This document shows, in pieces, positions 62,706 through 64,000 of a stretch of DNA of 64,000 nt. The DNA is from Setoptus koraiensis (lineage: Eukaryota > Animalia > Arthropoda). How positions within the stretch are numbered: position 1 is the stretch's first letter; each line of letters opens with the position of its first letter. Below the pieces are notes generated by a model. It worked only from the letters and a program-made list of their open reading frames with translations, had not been told where the DNA came from and did not search any database. Location of the stretch: positions 15,810,001 through 15,874,000 of the forward strand of contig CM106585.1 of NCBI GenBank assembly GCA_048013815.1. Direction: 5' to 3'. The translations under genes were made by a program, and so were the position numbers.

Positions 62706-64000
62706 GCCACTCACTTTGTATTATTGTATAATGTTGCATACTACGTGCCCTCACGCTGACGGCCACCGTCAATAAAATAATAATATTAATCGTCTGCCTT
62801 GTTGTTTCATCCCATTCGTTACTGTGTCGTCGGCTCGAGCTATTCAACTTTGATTCATAACACTGGGTATTGTGTGCGCGCGAGTGTTTGCAAATATCAA
62901 TCGCCCATATTGCACAAGTTTCTATTTCTCTGCCTGTGCTGGCATTGTGCAAATATTGTTTGGGGTCCCCGTTCTATGATGGCTGGTCGAAATTGAACAA
63001 TTGAGGGGTGAGCTCCGGCGTGTGTCGACTTGTTAGCCGGCGTGAGTGAGAAGCATTTGCAACCAGCTTGTGAATTGTCGCAGCCTCTCGTGGCAACTTA
63101 CACGACACAGGCTGCGACAATTGATCTGGGGCTAGCCAGCGGCTCCATATCCGGGGGCACTTCTCGCTAACTTGTGATGAATGTGTCATCGTTGTTGACA
63201 TTTCAATCAGTTGAGCCGCTTGCAGAGTGCATAAAGAGCAGCCAGTTGCGAACTGCGTTAACCGGCCGGGGGCCTCGAGCAGCAACACGAACTGATGTGA
63301 TGCCGCTGCCGAAGCAAATCAATTGAATTATGGCAAATATCAATATGTGTGAATTGGCTTATACCAAGTGCCGAGATATTACTCATGCATCCTGGCTTGA
63401 CAAGTCGGCCTGAGCCGATCGCCCTTTGTTTGCTAGCCATTTGAAGCGATTGCCTGATTGGCCTCTTTCCTGTCGCCAATCGGCTGGCATTGGCGCGGCC
63501 AGCCAAGCGGCGCGACTCCATAGGACAAATGAGACAATGTTAGAGCCGGCCAAGTGTGACAACGGCAACCACCGAGACACCAACGAGCAGTGACGCCACA
63601 CAGGATATCGATGGCGAATCATCGAACGGCGATGATCAACGCCTCAGTTGTGGCCCCAATCGATTGCACGCTTGTTACGGGCCCCAATCTGTTGGGACAT
63701 GCGCCAGTCAGACTTACAGCCGCTCACAAGGGATGGGGCAGCCGTCAGTAAGATGAGCTGCTGGCCCCTCAGATCCCGGCTATCATGTGGCGGTTGATAT
63801 TGAGTTATGCAACAGCCCTATGGCCCAGTGGTTTAACTGCATCTCGTTGGGGCCCGGCGAAAAGCAATTCTGTTAATGCACTTTGCAGCTTGTGTCCGCT
63901 GTATCAACACATTTATATATTTAATGCATTTATAAATAAATATATATATATCTATATGTTGAGAGAGAGAGAAAGGACAGGTTGCAATCTCGTTAATAAT

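Larger units (their letters stand above)
55030..63880 (+). repeat. Tandem segmental duplication of an A-3' flank + B gene + spacer unit (about 55030-58480 versus about 61300-63880)
   Basis: 57234-58420 and 62618-63830 are nearly identical over more than 1 kb, and the A4 and A5 3' flanks share GTGATACAAAA...GAGATGGAGCGCAA. Confidence 0.9.

Noticed and set aside
57264-63622. ORFs of 75-104 aa preserved in both duplicated spacers, with some in-frame indels
   Set aside because: Conservation is explained by recent duplication; the differences are largely non-synonymous, one plus-strand ORF gains a stop in copy 2, and another indel is not a multiple of three.

Overview
Eukaryotic (animal) genomic DNA with GT-AG introns. 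The intron-poor genes, short spacers and N/Q/T-microsatellite-rich coding style suggest a compact arthropod genome, possibly a mite; this is an inference, not an identification. From left to right: (1) about 8.8 kb of GC/CpG-rich, micro-duplicated non-coding DNA that is probably an intron of a Roundabout (Robo)-like receptor gene on the minus strand; its Ig1 exon is at 8863-10329 and a phase-compatible upstream exon is at 12556-13675. (2) RACK1 with an intronless CDS (minus), head-to-head with a two-exon DHRS4-like SDR (plus). (3) A 2312-aa single-exon, low-complexity ORF with an RVxF PP1-docking motif and a C-terminal class I PDZ-binding motif. (4) A second GC-rich non-coding block containing bZIP-site tandem repeats and a 38-bp palindrome. 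(5) A ~24.7-kb tandem array of secreted-type histidine acid phosphatases: six intact five-exon genes in two subtypes plus one pseudogene. Between copies 1 and 2 lies a ~3.2-kb TE block carrying an in-frame pogo/Tigger-transposase + Ty1/copia-RT chimeric ORF and a foldback element whose core is made of GNA-triloop DNA mini-hairpins. No rRNA, tRNA or CRISPR could be supported. All exon structures were read by eye and need RNA-seq confirmation.
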